Assembly: GCA_030704615.1 (NCBI GenBank)
Contig: CM060733.1
Location: forward strand, 67,766,001-67,830,000
Reading direction: 5' to 3'
Length of the DNA stretch: 64,000 nucleotides
Origin: Takakia lepidozioides
Lineage: Eukaryota; Plantae; Bryophyta
Both the position numbers and the translations under genes were made by a program. The notes beneath the pieces are model-generated. The model searched no databases. It was not told where the DNA came from and was given only the letters and a program-made list of their open reading frames with translations. Of this stretch, positions 40,201-54,010 are shown one piece after another; within the stretch, counting starts at the first letter, position 1; each line of letters starts with the position of its first letter.

Positions 40201-42447
40201 CAATACCAAGATCACAGTACTTATCATGGTTGATGGCATTTACTGGCATCTCACAGGCATAGGAACTTGAGCCACCAATAAACTCATGAAGGACCCTGAT
40301 CATTAAGCAGTTTTCTGAAGTTGATGGCCACTTTGATAGTGCTCATAAAATAGAAGCATAACAGCGACATCACTCCAATCAGCAAATTCAAATCATGCAT
40401 ACACTCTGATCACTGCTCCACCGAAGACTGCTGAAAGGGGTCTCATGTGGGGCCCTTTCCTTTACTTGACAAACTAACCAAGCTGGAGGGAAGTACAGGA
40501 GCTTCATTGGGAAACTCTAAGCAACAAAGAGTCCCACATTGCACTAGGTACGCATATAAGTTGAGCTTGGTGGTGTTCCACTCTTGTTTAACTGCATCTT
40601 GTGAGAAGTGCATCTGAAAGAGACAGGGAGCACCTCTCGTAGCTCAACTGCACCACCTCGACAAAGGTAGCCCCAGCATGCCTTGCGCACTCGCTCACCA
40701 TGAATTCCGTAGTCCTGGCTCTCTGCAAATGCCTGTCCCTCCCACCAGCATCAAACCAACAAAGTTACTACATTCATTGGATTACCAGTAAGAACAATGG
40801 AAAAAAAGATAGATATTTTCTTGCATCCAGGCAAACTTTGTTATAGCAAAGAGAAGGTGGTCCAGAGCTAGATATCTTGGTTAGGAATAAACAAGTTGCA
40901 AAACTCCTCAATTTACCATACTCATTGAGAGTAATAGCTTCAATCAATGCACCATCACTAAACTTTTGCAGGCACTGGCATTTATTTCCTCTACTTCAAA
41001 GGGACGAAGATATTGGATTTAATGCATTCAAGAGAGTCTCTGGTCCCTTGACTGTGGCACTCCCTGAAGTAAACCAAAACCCCAAGATCCAAGAGCAATG
41101 ATTACCTGGTACCCCAGAAAGTTTTCTGTCCACAGCTCAGAGATGATGAAATTTGTGCAAAGTGCACATAAGTCCTGCAGGAGTCAGTGCCACTTTTACT
41201 TCCCGGAAGTAGTCACTAAGTACAAGACATGATTCACGTGTGCAGACACTACACTCTATACCAACATGCACACTGAGGGTGAACACACAGGAGAGAGAAA
41301 GAGACCGAGGGGATGTCAAGAGTAGGTATCCCTTCCAATCAAAAATACATCTAAAAAGGGCTTTGATAATGGCTCATACTTGCTGTAGGAATGTGAGAAC
41401 CTTATCACCTCCAGGCTGTGATGTCTCAGGCACTCGAGATTCAGAAGCAAATGCATTGAATTAGACAGAAGAAGATAACTGAGATTCTTGCTCCCACCGA
41501 GTGCTCATGCTTCAATGTTTGGCTTGCATGTGAAGCCAAGTCATATATTGAGATAGAGACATACATACACACCAATCTACAATTATTGTATCTTAGCAAA
41601 TTAGCAACTTATACCTGCAAATCTAGGAAGGACCCAGTAGCCAGCACTCGGAAGGCATTGCTGTCATCAAGCTTTGGGTAGTGCCCATACAAGTAGGCCA
41701 GCGCGGTCGCCACTGCGTCTCCATTCACATTCTCGTCGTCGATTTGCAGTGTGACTTCAGGGGCACCTGCCTCCTTCCACGGACCCTGAAGCATGTGCCT
41801 GCATGAACATTTCTGAGAAACATCTTTGACCGCTTGTACCCACCTAAATGCCTTTACACCTCTCTCCTGTGTCCAACATTGTGTAACTTTCTCCATGTCT
41901 TGCCCTTTTCCTGTGTCACAGATAAGTTGAGGTGGACTGCTACTTGAGCAGTGGTAGACCGATATCACACTTAAGAGCTCAAACAAAGTAAGCAGGCTAG
42001 CACAACGTAGTAGTTAGGTAAGTCTATACAGTAATTCAACTGCTGTTGTTCTGCTTTGCACGTGTGTGGGTGTGCGTGTGTTTTTGACAGGAGAGAGAGA
42101 GAGAGAGAGCTGGTGTGCTAGTTTAAATTCCTTTCCCCTCAATGCGTGATGAATTCCTTCACTAACCTGAAGTAAGAACTGCGAGAAAGAATCAAGCGAT
42201 GCAATTGGAACGTGCGCCCCATGGCCTTCACCACAATGTCAGAGAATGAGCGCGAATTCCACCCTTCCACTTGCACATGCTCACACAGCGCACCTAGATT
42301 GTTGTCCATGCTTTGAATCTCAGGGACGCAGCCTCCGTCCGTGGCTGCACCTGCGGCGGGTGCATGAGAGGCCAGCCGAGGAGAGTAGGGAGTTGCCACC
42401 GGCTGCGAAGGGCGTGGCCGGCTCCCTCCGATGTGCAGAGCGTCCAT
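34234..42447 (-). CDS. Plant BTB/POZ (BTB-BACK-like) domain protein, about 14 exons
   Basis: GT-AG exons traced: 42447-42167 (FSDIVVKAMGRTFQLHRLILSRSSYF), 41798-41615, 41174-41106, 40732-40634, 40188-40109, about 39697-39509, about 39360-38878, about 38540-38255, about 38058-37355, about 37070-36990, 36610-36559, about 36097-36047, 35551-35504, 34410-34234 (KGWGWRTA..VVQLV stop). Middle boundaries approximate. Confidence 0.88.
34800..35420. repeat. Internally duplicated intronic repeat
   Basis: TTTATACCTGCAGCTGAGCTG..GGATAAGCTAAAC block at about 34891 and 35240; ATGGCCACAAGG..CTTATGAGTACA motifs. Confidence 0.7.
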
Positions 42448-44559
42448 TAGAACAGCTCGCTCCCGCAGCACACGCAAGAAATGAAGTATCCCAACAAGGC
42501 CAGAACAGCAGGCTAGCCGTGTTGCCACAAGATTCCTGTAGCCCGGATTAATATTCCTGAGCCGGCTGTTGTTGTCAATTGTTTAGCATGTGTCTAATCC
42601 TAGACTGCGCATGGTTTTGCTTGCAACAAGATTGCAGGGACCCGACTCTATGCCGTGCCAATTTGACAAACGAGCACACAACAGAGCGCATGGTTGATAG
42701 GAAGCTGCAACTCTGTACAGTATTTGAGACTGATGGAAGTCCATGCAGAACGGAAGTTCCTGGCAGACAATCGCTTTGCCAGGGTCTGTGCCTCCACAGG
42801 GTCAGCTCACGCTCTTGTGCCGGGCACATGAGCAGTTCGCTGCACTCTAAGCGGCGGCTGGATGTGGTGGGCCTCGCCAGTGGCTACAGCCTGGGCGGTC
42901 CCTGCTTCCAAGGGGGCAGCCCCCGCGGGTGGGACGTGCACGGAATTCTACCCCCGGGGCGGTTGTGGAGGGATAAGAGTTACTAATGAATAAAGGCCCA
43001 TTAGTTTCACTAGCCAATAAAATATGGTGAGCTTGAGAATTACCTCCAAGCAAGCTAGCCTGGGCTTAAGAAGTGGCCACGATAGTGCCTCTAAAAAACA
43101 AGCGGCTAGTCGGGTAATGGCTCCACCCTAAAAGTTTAAGTAGAAAAATTCCTGAAAATGTTATATTGAAATAAGGTAAGCACATATTCAAACTATATTT
43201 TTAACATGTTCTCCATAAGAAGAAAAAGTATTTATTTATTTATTTATTTATAAAGGCGGGGACAGAGGCTCTGTAACGGGCAGAACTTTATTGATGTATG
43301 CTATTACAAAACTGATCTTCAAGTGTACTAATTGTTAAAATATTGAGATGCTTGTTGAAATATTAACTGAAATACTGAAATAATTGTTGAAGAACTATCT
43401 GAAATAATAAAATACTTGCATCTGAAAATCTCGCTGAAAATCTAGCTGAATTACTAAAATACTCGCTGAAAATCTTGCTTAAAATCTAGCTGAAATCTGA
43501 CTGATAGTACTTGCTGAAAATCTTGATTGAGATATTGAAATACTAAAATTTTGATGCACTGAAATATTGTAGGCATTTGAGTCTGCTGAAACGCTTCCTT
43601 TGGTCGACGGTGTGGCCAAGCCTCATTTGATCAAAGGTATTGCCTTGAGGGTGAGCTTTCATGAACTGGAATTTGATGGTAAATGAGACAAAGTCCACAT
43701 AAGGTCCATTTAACTTGACTACATATTTTAAGCACCACCATATTGATACTCTACAAGTCAAGCATCCAAGCCTTAAATGCCAGACAACTATTGTTTCCGA
43801 TGCAAAGACTAGTGATTTTTGTAACGTACCAACAGATATCATAAGGAACCAACTTGATATATATATATATATATATATATAGACATACCCCAAATGAGAT
43901 CAGAAGAAAATGCCATCATACTCTCCCACCCTCCAACTAGTTGGTTATTGCAATTCAGCCCCAGCTTAAGCACTCTCTGTAAACAGTGGCAAAGACATAC
44001 CATCGATGCAGACATGCCTTTTCCAGATGACGCTCAAGCTGCATGCGAACATTTTCAGGGACTTCCTGAAACATTACAAACCAAAAACCCCGAACACAAC
44101 AAGCAAAGAGATACCAACCCTAGCAAGGCCACTGAGCAAAGGAACACACAAGTTGCACTAAGAGGCTACTCAGGTGAAGGAAAAGAGGCAAAAGCAACTG
44201 ACAGCAAGACAGATCTGTGCGTGTCTCCCTCCATCACACACAGCCATATATGCAAACAGATGCGAATGTAACGCCAACAGTGAAGATACTTGATGCGCTT
44301 TTGGGTTTGAACATCTTTGTACATCTGGCCACTGCCATCTTTCTTCTTTTCTCTGTTCCACTGATGGAAACCCCATAATGAATCTTCAAGGGTTTCATAT
44401 CTTAGGCCTATGGGCAAAAGGCTGCTGCAAGTGAATGTCCCCGAGGAAGTTGTCAAAGAGTAACCTCTCCTTCTGAGAGGATGCATCTTTGTTTTTCATA
44501 TGGCCATGGGCTACAGGTTTAGCAAACAAGCATCACTTGCCTCGTTCTCGCCTTATTTC

Positions 44560-46558
44560 CTTCTCTTTGGTCGAGAGCCAGATTTGCCTGCATCTATTCG
44601 TAGGGAGACTGCAGTAGTTCTCAACCTTGATGATCCGGATGTGTAGACACAAACATGTGCCCAACGAGCAGAGTTGTTCAAGAGAGTCATTCCTATGGCT
44701 TTTGATAACCTTGCTATTGCCCAACACCGAGACACATTGAGGTACGCCACTATACATGGAGGGGGATATCGGCCAGGTGTTCGGCGTTTCCATCCTGGGG
44801 ACTATGTGTATCTGCAGCAGACAGCGCCTACGACCTTGGATGTCACAGCAGATCGTGTGATTCTAAGGGACCGGGAGGTGTTGCCTTCAAGAGTGTTGAT
44901 TCTGGAGGGTCGAGATGACATGGTATGGAAGGACCATGTGCGCAATTGTGCATCATGTCACCTTCCACACATGGATGGGAGGATAGATCCCAACCTTGTA
45001 GTGGTACCTGCAGGGTTGCGTTGCATGCTATGTGGGCATGCTGGTGGTGTCGCGACCATGTTGGTGTGTGACAAATGCTCAAGGGGGTGGGCACATGGAA
45101 TGCTTGAGGGCAGTTGCAAGGTTGAGTGGACCAAAAACGGCAGATCCTGCTCCATGAAAGTCCATGACCAAAAAACAAAGTTGATGATACTATCCCAAAA
45201 TATATTTTTATTGATAGATAATGGTATACTGAACATATTTAGTAAAGAGTCCTACCCCAAATATTAAAGATATAATTCATTAAATATTTTAGTCTATTAT
45301 TTAGAAAAATTATGAAAAACTAAAAATTATAGTTTGCAAAAACATTTCAATATGACACCTAGCCATTGAAGATTATAGGTTTTTATACTTCTAGAAAACA
45401 AATGACACCCAAAATCCAAAAAACAAGATGAGCTATAGACTTTTCAAAAAACGCCTATTTTTTGACATATATTAGTCCATATGAGTCAAATGACAAATGA
45501 TTTTGCCACTTCAAATACATACCTATGATGTGGACCAAAATGGCCACCTTATGTCCAAATTTCAATGGAATTCACCAATGGCACATAAGAGAACTTGAGT
45601 CCATTGTAATTCCATTCATTGCGGTAACAGTCCACAATGACGGTGTTCAAAAGTCCATAGCGGAGTCATTTCTTATCGGACTCATGATTGGAGAGTTGCT
45701 ATGGGTGCGTATTGAAGCTAGGAATCCAATGATATATATATTTGTTGGTTTTAACGAGTTAATTCAATTTCAATTGATGACACCATCAATTGCAGTCATC
45801 TAAAACTGTGCTGGTAATGTCCATTTTGGTCCAGTCAACCCTGCATTCACCCTTGACACCGCCACTTGAGGAGGTTCTTAGTGGAGAATGGTTGTGTCCA
45901 CGATGCCTTGGACAAAGGTAGTGGGGCATGACAGTGGCGAGGTTGACAAGTGATCCAAGGTCTAGCTAACGGGAGTTCAATGCCAAGGACACCCAATTGA
46001 AGCCATGGATTGCAGGAAGGCGAGTAACGATGGGGCTACTTTTGCACCCGGCCTCTTGATCTATTGACTTCAGATACTGGGACTTGGGCGATTGATGACC
46101 AAGCGATGATCTTATTGGGATGGATACTTGTCAGTTATCTGGTGTTAGAGGGACCTAATCACTAGCTAGGGGGGCAATTGTGGTATAGTTTTCTAGGATT
46201 GTGTGCTTAGATTGTGTGGTGGACAGCGATGTATGTTGTGGCATGATGCTTAGGTACACGACAGCTGTCATGGTTTTAGTCATGGTTATCTAGAATTACC
46301 TACTTCTAGTTAACTAGGACATTTTAGATATTTATATTTATATTTTGTGTGTTGGGACTTCATTTGGTCTCACATGCCAAGTGAGATGTCGAGCCTCACT
46401 TCGGACATGGGGATAGGTTTTCCCCTTGTGAGGATGGAGGAGGCTCATCTTCTTGTAGTTGAGCCTCCATGAGTCTCTCTCACCTCCATAGCTCTAGGTA
46501 TTGAGAGGGAGTGTGGTGAGGGCTTTGTAGGGTGGATTCCCTTCCCAAATCTCCCACA
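44560..46558 (+). mobile_element. Ty3/gypsy 3' fragment: integrase C-terminus, PHD finger, PPT and 3' LTR (46179-46558)
   Basis: AIAQHRDTLRY..FHPGDYVYL..CMLCG..LVCDKC..H..C / TPPL..WLCPRC; AGCTAGGGGGGCAAT then TG...CA. LTR end inferred from a single copy. Confidence 0.8.
45108..45852. mobile_element. 745-bp MITE inserted in the PHD coding sequence
   Basis: About 29-bp imperfect TIR (GGGCAGTTGCAAGGTTGAGTGGACCAAAA / TTTTGGTCCAGTCAACCCTGCATTCACCC). TTGA on both flanks; empty site TGCTTGACACC at about 55815. Confidence 0.85.
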
Positions 46559-46574
46559 TGAAAGGCCAATCACT

Positions 46575-46811
46575 GCTCCAGGAAAGCCCACTTTGCTATT
46601 TTTCGCGAATTTCCAGCGACCAGAAGTACTTGAAATTCCATATCTCCCACACCACAGGTCCAAAAATCATGAGACCAAGCCGGTGCACCCCTCCTCATCG
46701 AGGGCTTTCCAATGGTACCAAGCACCGGGGTTGGGGCCTCGCGGTCTGGGAGATCTCAACGATGCTACAAAACAAACAAAACAAAACAAACGTCTCGCTT
46801 CATATATTGAT
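46575..46811. mobile_element. Partial copy of the 49510-49853 MITE
   Basis: About 230-bp direct similarity to 49625-49853, ending GCTTCATATATTGAT. Confidence 0.75.
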
Positions 46812-48897
46812 CTGAATTAATTTTAATTATATAATGTATTAAGTTTGGTCCGGATTGGGAATGTCATTTAAGTGGGCCGGTGTTATTTTGCATAATGATA
46901 TTTCATACATATTGACAAAAGCATATAGGACATTGTGAAGCATTGAGCCATATACATTTAAGACAATGTGCAAAAATTGTCATTGAGCATATTAGAAAAT
47001 CAATTTCTTTCCCCATGGTCATCAAAGTCAAATTCGTCTTTCACTTCCACCTCGCCATCAATATCTGACTCAAAATCGGAAAGATAAAAATATGCTTCCC
47101 CACAAGGAGTTGAAACACACTCCCCGCTTACATGAGGTCCTCCAAAAATCTCCACCAAGCTTGCAATACATTCACATTCCTTTTCAAAGTCGGAGGGATA
47201 ATGAATGCCTCATTTGAAAAATCATCGTCATCCTCCATATTCAGATCTTAAACCCTACACCCCTAAACCCCACATTCACCTACATGTATATTAAGCGGGA
47301 CTATATGATAACGCTCCCCAGGAGCAGTTGAATTACGCGATGGAACGTAACCGGAATTTACGGAGTGGCGTTCCATCCTGCAAGGCCACTCCTGCCACCA
47401 TTCCCCATTTCCGAGTCTTTCTATCTTTCCGAGATCAGACGAACCAAAGGAAGCGGGAAGCAAAGAAGATGCCGCAGTGGGGGAAGAAGCCTAAAAGAAG
47501 TATGGGCGCCTAAAAGAAGGGACACGTGGCGGGATTTTATTCATGGAACGTTTACGCAGGGTAAGGGCCCCACGCAAGGGCTGTCACACGTTTAAGCCAC
47601 GTTTAAGCCTTACCCTACACGTTATATTCTCGGACGGGAAATTTCATCCTGATAGGAGGGCATGGAAGTGCACGGCTCGCCTCGGCACTAAGTATGTCCC
47701 AGACACTGGAGGGATAGTGCCAGGGATGCCAACACACAAATCGCCCGCCTTGCCACGTCCTTCGCACCACGTAGGCGCACAGGCCTCGCACAGGCATGGC
47801 CCTCCTCCCCGCTCCTCAAGGCCACGTGGCCACAGGGCTGGCTGTGGGACCCACCTGCCCTCCAGCCCTACCTTCCCGCGGGCGCCCAGGCCTTATTAGA
47901 CCATCCCCACCGGTGGCTCTGTATGTGGGTACATCAAGTGCCTTTTATTGAGGCATGTGCAGAGTGCTCAAGAAGATGGGGTGCCTGCAGCTGGATTGCT
48001 CCCCACCGGTTGCACGACAAACCTCACGCCACCCTCCCGCTCAACCTCTCACTCGCCAGCATCTCACGTGTGGGATGATCGCCTGACTCCAGATGCGCGC
48101 TGGACTCGTCTGACGTTGACTTGCGTGAGCCATAACGGGCCCGGAAGGACACGGCAAGGTCTGGGGTCTGGTTCCAATTTGGAGCGCATGGAACGTTACC
48201 GTGCATTGTAACGTGCACCGGTGGGGCATGGTTTTTGTGTCTTATCTCTCTGACATGGAACTTTGCTGCTTCCGTGGCTAATAGCGGCCCTTGTGGGGAT
48301 GCTCTTACCACCGAGGGGCTCCCTACCTACCATGTTGCCCTCCCACAACCCTTTGCGGGACCCCTCTCCTATACACTCTCCCATACCCTCTCTCAAAAGA
48401 ATATGGCTTGGATGAACCTGATATATATGTATCATAACCCTAAAGGTCCATTCACACCAGGGGTTATATGAGGGATTACAACCAAATATATTTGACCGTC
48501 CTGTTCAAACTAGAGATTAGATTTATCTTAAAATCTGACATGGCAAATGACGTGGCGGCGGGGTTAGAGACTGGGGTAGCGTTGTTCCCGCTTATTCATA
48601 TAATCGTAGATTTATGTTGGGGAGACGTGGGTCACTAAGACCCCCTGCATTTGGAGGGTGTAACTTTATGCTTTTTGGTTCTATGCACATATTCCCAACA
48701 AAAAAGTATGTTCCCAAGAATATGTTCCCGATAGTATCGTCTGGTGCCTCCAGCGTTGTGTATCCCAGAACGTAGGGAGTTAGGGTTTCGGGATGCAACT
48801 AACCCTTGGTCCGAATAGGTATGGACTGGGGACTAACTCATTGCTAGTAACATGTACATTTACCACCTGATGTGAATAGGTATTGGATTATGTAGAA

Positions 48898-49509
48898 CTA
48901 GGGTAGCCTGTGCCGTTGGCCCAAGTGTCCAGTGTTGTCATGTAAGTCCAAGTGCAATCCCCTATGTATCCAAGTGTGTCTCTCTTGTCGAGGCCCAAAT
49001 GCGACCTCTAGGAGCCTATGTCGTTGGCCCAAGTGTCCACTGTCATCATCTAAGTCCAAGTGAAATCCCCTATGTATCCAAGTGCGTCTCCTATGTCGAG
49101 GCCCAAATGCAACCTCTAGGGTAGCATGCGCCATTGGCCCAAGTGTCCAGTGTCATCTTAGCCCAAGTGTAAGATCTTCTATGTATCCCAGTGTGTCTCC
49201 TATGTCGAGGCCCAAGTGCGACCTCTAGTGTAGCCTATGCCGTCGGTCCATGTGTGACGAATTGAAATCTAACTTAAGACCAAGTGCAATCTCCTATGTA
49301 TCCAAGTGCGTCTCCTATGTCGAGGCCCATCTAAGCCCAAGTGCAATATTCTATTCATGTATCCAAGTGCATCTTTCATGTAGAGGCCCACGTGTCTAGT
49401 GGATCATCTTAACGCAAGTGCAATCTCCTAAGTATCCAAGTACGTCTCCCATGTCTAGGGTGGCCTATGCCGTTGGCCCAAGTGTCCAATGTTATCTAAG
49501 TCCAAGTGC
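48898..49509. repeat. Tandem repeat, about 109-bp unit with CCAAGTG subrepeats
   Basis: Unit starts at about 48898, 49008, 49116 and 49225, then degenerates. Confidence 0.85.
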
Positions 49510-49853
49510 ATCAATATATGAAGCAAGCCATATCTAATCAATTTTTTTCCACGGAGCCTACAACTAGATTTGAACCGGAGACCTTTCCCTTGATATCTCT
49601 CCCCTCGAGGCTCCAACCATTTGCCCACTTTGCCATTTTTGCTATTTTTTGTGAATTTCCAGCGACCAAAAGTACTTGGAATTCCACATCTCCCTCACCG
49701 CTTGTCCAAAAATCATGAGACCAAGCCGGTGCACCCCTCCTTGTCGAGGGCTTTCCAACGGCACCAAGCACCGGGGCTGGAGCCCTGCGGTTTGGGAGAT
49801 CTCAGCGACGCTACAAAACAAAACAAAACAAACGTCTCGCTTCATGTATTGAT
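49510..49853. mobile_element. 344-bp MITE
   Basis: 15-bp TIR ATCAATATATGAAGC / GCTTCATGTATTGAT (1 mismatch); second partial copy in the window. Confidence 0.75.
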
Positions 49854-49920
49854 AAATGTTGGGTAATACATTTGACCCATGGCTAGAGGGAGGGATAAAT
49901 ACAATTAGTATGAACCCTTA

Positions 49921-50246
49921 GAGCATCTCCACGGGGGTACACCAAACAACATTGCCACGGTAAATTCGCGCGGCCTCTAACACCCCCCTCTCCCACTGGC
50001 AATCCCATTCAAACTACCTTGCACATGTCATTTTTGCTTGCTACGGAGGGCCCACTTGCCAGACACAGCCTTACCCTCACGCCATAAATGTACGCAATCG
50101 TGCTTTTTAGTCTCTCCAACAGGTACCGGCCGGGCTTAGAGGCCCCGTATCCTGCACCAAAGTACGGGGCCCGGGGGTGCGGATACCAAGGCCGGGGGCT
50201 CCTTTGCCGTTGCCGTGGCATTTAGGGACCCCCGGTGGAGATGCTC
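49921..50246. mobile_element. Tourist-type MITE
   Basis: TIR GAGCATCTCCAC / GTGGAGATGCTC with TTA TSD. Confidence 0.9.
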
Positions 50247-50501
50247 TTATACCCCTTGGTGTGAATAGACCTTAAGAGAACCTTCATTTTCTTTGTATGT
50301 TTTTCTTGACCTTGATGCATTTGAACTTCGATTCACAATATGCTTTGACACATTTGTCAAACATTACCATCTCAAAGTTACATTATCGCTTAACATACTT
50401 AGACTAAACAAGTTGTTTGTTAGGGTTCACAGGTATAAGCCAACCGAAAATACAAAGGATTTTATTCAAGCAACGTTTACGGTAAAGGAATTTCTAGGCG
50501 A

Positions 50502-51360
50502 TTTGTTTTGTTTTTTGTTTAAAAAAAAAAAAGAGGTTGTATCCCTGATTAATTTATTATAAGTTATTGAAGGGGAAAAAAATTAAAACCCCATTTACAC
50601 CATAAGGCACACACACCATATTCAATGTATCACGATCCAACCATCTCCCGATGGAGATTAAGTCCACAAGACAAAAGACCGTGCCCCTACTAAAGGCACT
50701 TACACTGTGACCAGTGTTCCACGAGCCAAACAACTCCGATCGGAGATAAAGTCCAAGAGACCAAAAAACAGGGCACGCTGCCCAAGACCTGGAACAGAAG
50801 AGGCACATAACCTATTTGCTGTTGGGTTTTTGAAGACCATCGAAGATGACATAGGGGGAGAGGAGATTGAAGTAATTAAGCCATTGACCTCTCTGGATCA
50901 AAGAGAACAGTCTATCTATAGTGAAGTTTGGAAGTTGTCATGGAGGGTTTTTGATGCTTCCAGTTGACCTCCCTTTCAAATTCCGGGGAAAGAGTGGAGT
51001 GGTGCACGGAGATCTCGCCAAGCCTCTAGGGGGAGCTCGTTCCAATTGCATTGGTCTTGCGAAGGGCTACTGCATATGAGGCCCTGTTTGGCCCAGGTGC
51101 GTTGAAAGTTCATGTGGAACGCTGCTGCATTCCTGGCATCTCGTTGAATGCATGCACAGAGTTTGCCCCAGGCCTTCCTCACCTCAGTTTGCAAATCAAG
51201 AAAGACCGAGGCAAGGAGGGAAGATATTGTTGTAGTTTGACCACTAAACGTGTTTTTGCAACGCAGTTTCCATAGGTGCCACATTGCAGAGGCCCTAATT
51301 GTTTCAAACACCGGGCAATTGAGGGCTCTATTCTTAGAGACTGGGTCATAGTTTAACAAA
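50502..51360 (-). mobile_element. L1-like LINE 3' end
   Basis: FETIRASAMWHLWKLRC..F; 3' UTR with AATAAA and an A-rich tail on the minus strand. Confidence 0.7.
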
Positions 51361-51699
51361 AGGTCTGTATCAGAGACAACTCTGGGTTTCCAGCATCTGT
51401 AGAATGATTAAACATAGGGCCAGATCTTAGCCGGAGCTTGACAAGAAAGTAGACAATGTTCCCGGAAGGATAGTTTAGGAATCGTTTGCAGTCCTGTTGC
51501 ACTGTTCTTCGCGTATGGTCTCGGATGCTCATGATCATCACTTTGTAAATAATTCACGTAGCAAGAGCAGGAAGTAGCGAGGGTTGTTGGCCACCGGAGA
51601 GAAGAAGAGGTGCGTAGAGTATGAGATTGTTACAAACACATTCATCTTTCGTTGCTAGCAAATCAACATTACCTACAATTGTAACAAATCTGGACCAGG

Positions 51700-53455
51700 C
51701 AGACACACTGGGCTATATGCTGCAGCAAAACAAAGGGCCTCAGAGTCACTAACTACATTACCAAGCAATACACCTACTTGGTAGACTCTATGTTCGTTGA
51801 TGATACTTTTTAATGCTACAAGCCACCCCGGAAAATTTGGACCAGGCAGGGCAAACCTTAAACACCTTTTGTGCAGCCTCGGGTTTCAAAATCAACTGGA
51901 ACAAGACTTCGGGGTTGCTGGTAGGTGACCTGACAGCTTCCACAATGGGAACACCTCCCTCCTGGGGAGTGGATCAAGGGCTGAAATGGCTCAAACCTGG
52001 TGAGACCACCGCCTTATTAGGTTACACATACGGAATCAACCTCACAGACCAGCAGATATTTGCCTCTACAGTGGCCAAATTAAAGAGGAAACTGACGTAG
52101 TGGGGGTCAAAACACCTTTCAATTGTAGGCAGAGCCCTCGTGGCTAATCAGATTCACTCTGCTGGATTATGGTATTATGCTTCTTCCTGGCGCCCGAACT
52201 CCAAACAGATGCAGGAAATAAAACGCCTTCTTAGAAATTTCGTTTGGGGAGTAGAGGCCTCAACCCAAAACAAAAGACCCCTGGTAGCTTGGGCGCAAAT
52301 TTGCTTACCCAAAAAAAAAGGAGGGTTGGGGGTTCTTGATCCCGAGACCCAGATTGTGGCATTCCTAGGCAAACGGATACCCCGATTTCTTGGACCTGAG
52401 GGGGGATGGTGAAAATTCTTGGTCTACAACCACATTGTCAGTTCATCCCCCCTTAAAACTGCCCAGTGGATCCTCTCCCTTAGATGGCTCACTCAGGGCT
52501 TCAACCTTAAGTCAGTGGGTTCCACTCTCTGGTCAAGCATTTGGCAGGCTTGGGGCAGCTAAGGAAGCTGCTCATCAAAGCCCAGCCAAGCAACTACTAC
52601 GAAATTAAAAGACAACACTTGTTCCTAAAACAGTACCCCTCTGACCCCTTCTCAGAAAAACCAGGCAAAAAGATGGTCCAAATGGGATTGTCTCGGCATC
52701 AGACAAGCACATAACTTATGGATAGGAAACAGTCTCAGATTCTCAAGAATTTGTAGCTCAAGATGTCGGTGTTGCACGAGCCTCCAAAGGCCATCAGCAA
52801 ATCATTCAATCTATCCCAGTACAGTGGCTTTCTACCCTTTCCTCTGGTCCTCCGATGCCAATCCCAAACTCTTGGGCCCTTGTCGTGCTTCAAAACCAAC
52901 TTATTGTTATGTTTGTAGAAGACATCACCATCAATGATATTTGGGTCTATACTTTTACCATCAATACCACTTCACTTAGACTCACACTTACCTCTCCAGA
53001 ACCCGTACGCATTCGGACAATGGCTCTTACTCCAGTCAGAGTCTGCTACTGGACAGCCCCAGACAAAGCAATAAATCCCCAACCTCCCCTCACTATCACC
53101 ACCAGGGCTTGGTTGGCAACCAACTCATTTGTACCCCTCGCAGAAATGGAGATTGACCCCCTGGAATGGTCCTGGAACTTCAAAAACTCGCCAGAGCCCT
53201 TCTTTGCATATACAACTAAAAAGGGCTACAGAGCCCTGTCAGTCACCCAACCTATGTGCAAAAAATGGGAATCTAGATGGGGGTTGTACAACTTCCGAGA
53301 CGAGAACTGGAAAACGATTTGGGGTTCTATCTGGATTAAAACTCGTCCATCAAAGATTGCAGCTTTCCCATGGCAGGTAGTTAATAGGGTTCTCAAAGTC
53401 GGGGAATGGCTTCAGTTCCAGGGACCTGTAATGTGTGCTTGTTGCTCTACTGCGG
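51700..53455 (+). mobile_element. L1-like LINE ORF2 fragment (RT C-terminal half to zf-RVT)
   Basis: FVDDT, FCAASGFKINWNKT, VAWAQICLPKKKGGLG, YTTKKGY..WKTIW..PSKIAAF.W. Confidence 0.88.
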
Positions 53456-54010
53456 TCTCATCCTCGGGTATGTGCAACGTAGGGGTTTTGGATGCGAGTG
53501 GGTGTGGTGGACCTGCAATCTTGTGGTCTCCGAGGAGAATTGAAGCTTGCAGGTGGGTTGCTTGCTTGCCCTATAGAAGTGCCGGGCACATGAGCCAAAT
53601 CGGGCCCCAAAAGAGCCGCACAGGCGGCGCGCGGCCGCCTAGGGGGCAGCCACGGACGTGGGGCCTCGCGGGGGCAGGCGAGCCGCTTGGGAAGGTTGCG
53701 CCCCCACAGAAGCACCTGCGGTAACTAATGGCCATGTTTTCACCTAAAACCCTGGTAGAATAAATAATTATTACTGCGCCGCCGACTTCTTACTGTGGTT
53801 GCAGTTTAGGGTCATATGGCTAGAAAGGGTTTCACTATACTAAAAAAGAGAAGAAGCTTCGATCAATTTTTGGAGGTGCTTGTTACATACAAGTGTGAGG
53901 ATGCAATTAGGAGGAAGTGCCCAAGATGGGTGATGAGAGTTTGCCAAGCTCATTTTTGCAAATGCTCGATGAAAATTCTCATTCTCCCTCTGCTCTTGCC
54001 ATTGCTATTG

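Larger units (their letters stand above)
48444..50272. mobile_element. PIF/Harbinger (Tourist-like) non-autonomous element with nested inserts
   Basis: TIR AGGTCCATTCACACCAGGGG / CCCCTTGGTGTGAATAGACCT; TAA on both flanks. Confidence 0.75.

Noticed and set aside
43330-43545. CTGAAAAT/TGAAAT-rich tract upstream of the BTB gene as a regulatory array
   Set aside because: Low-complexity degenerate repeat with no supportable function.
47500-48440. GC-rich stretch as a solo LTR
   Set aside because: Could not define TG..CA ends, TSD, PBS or PPT.
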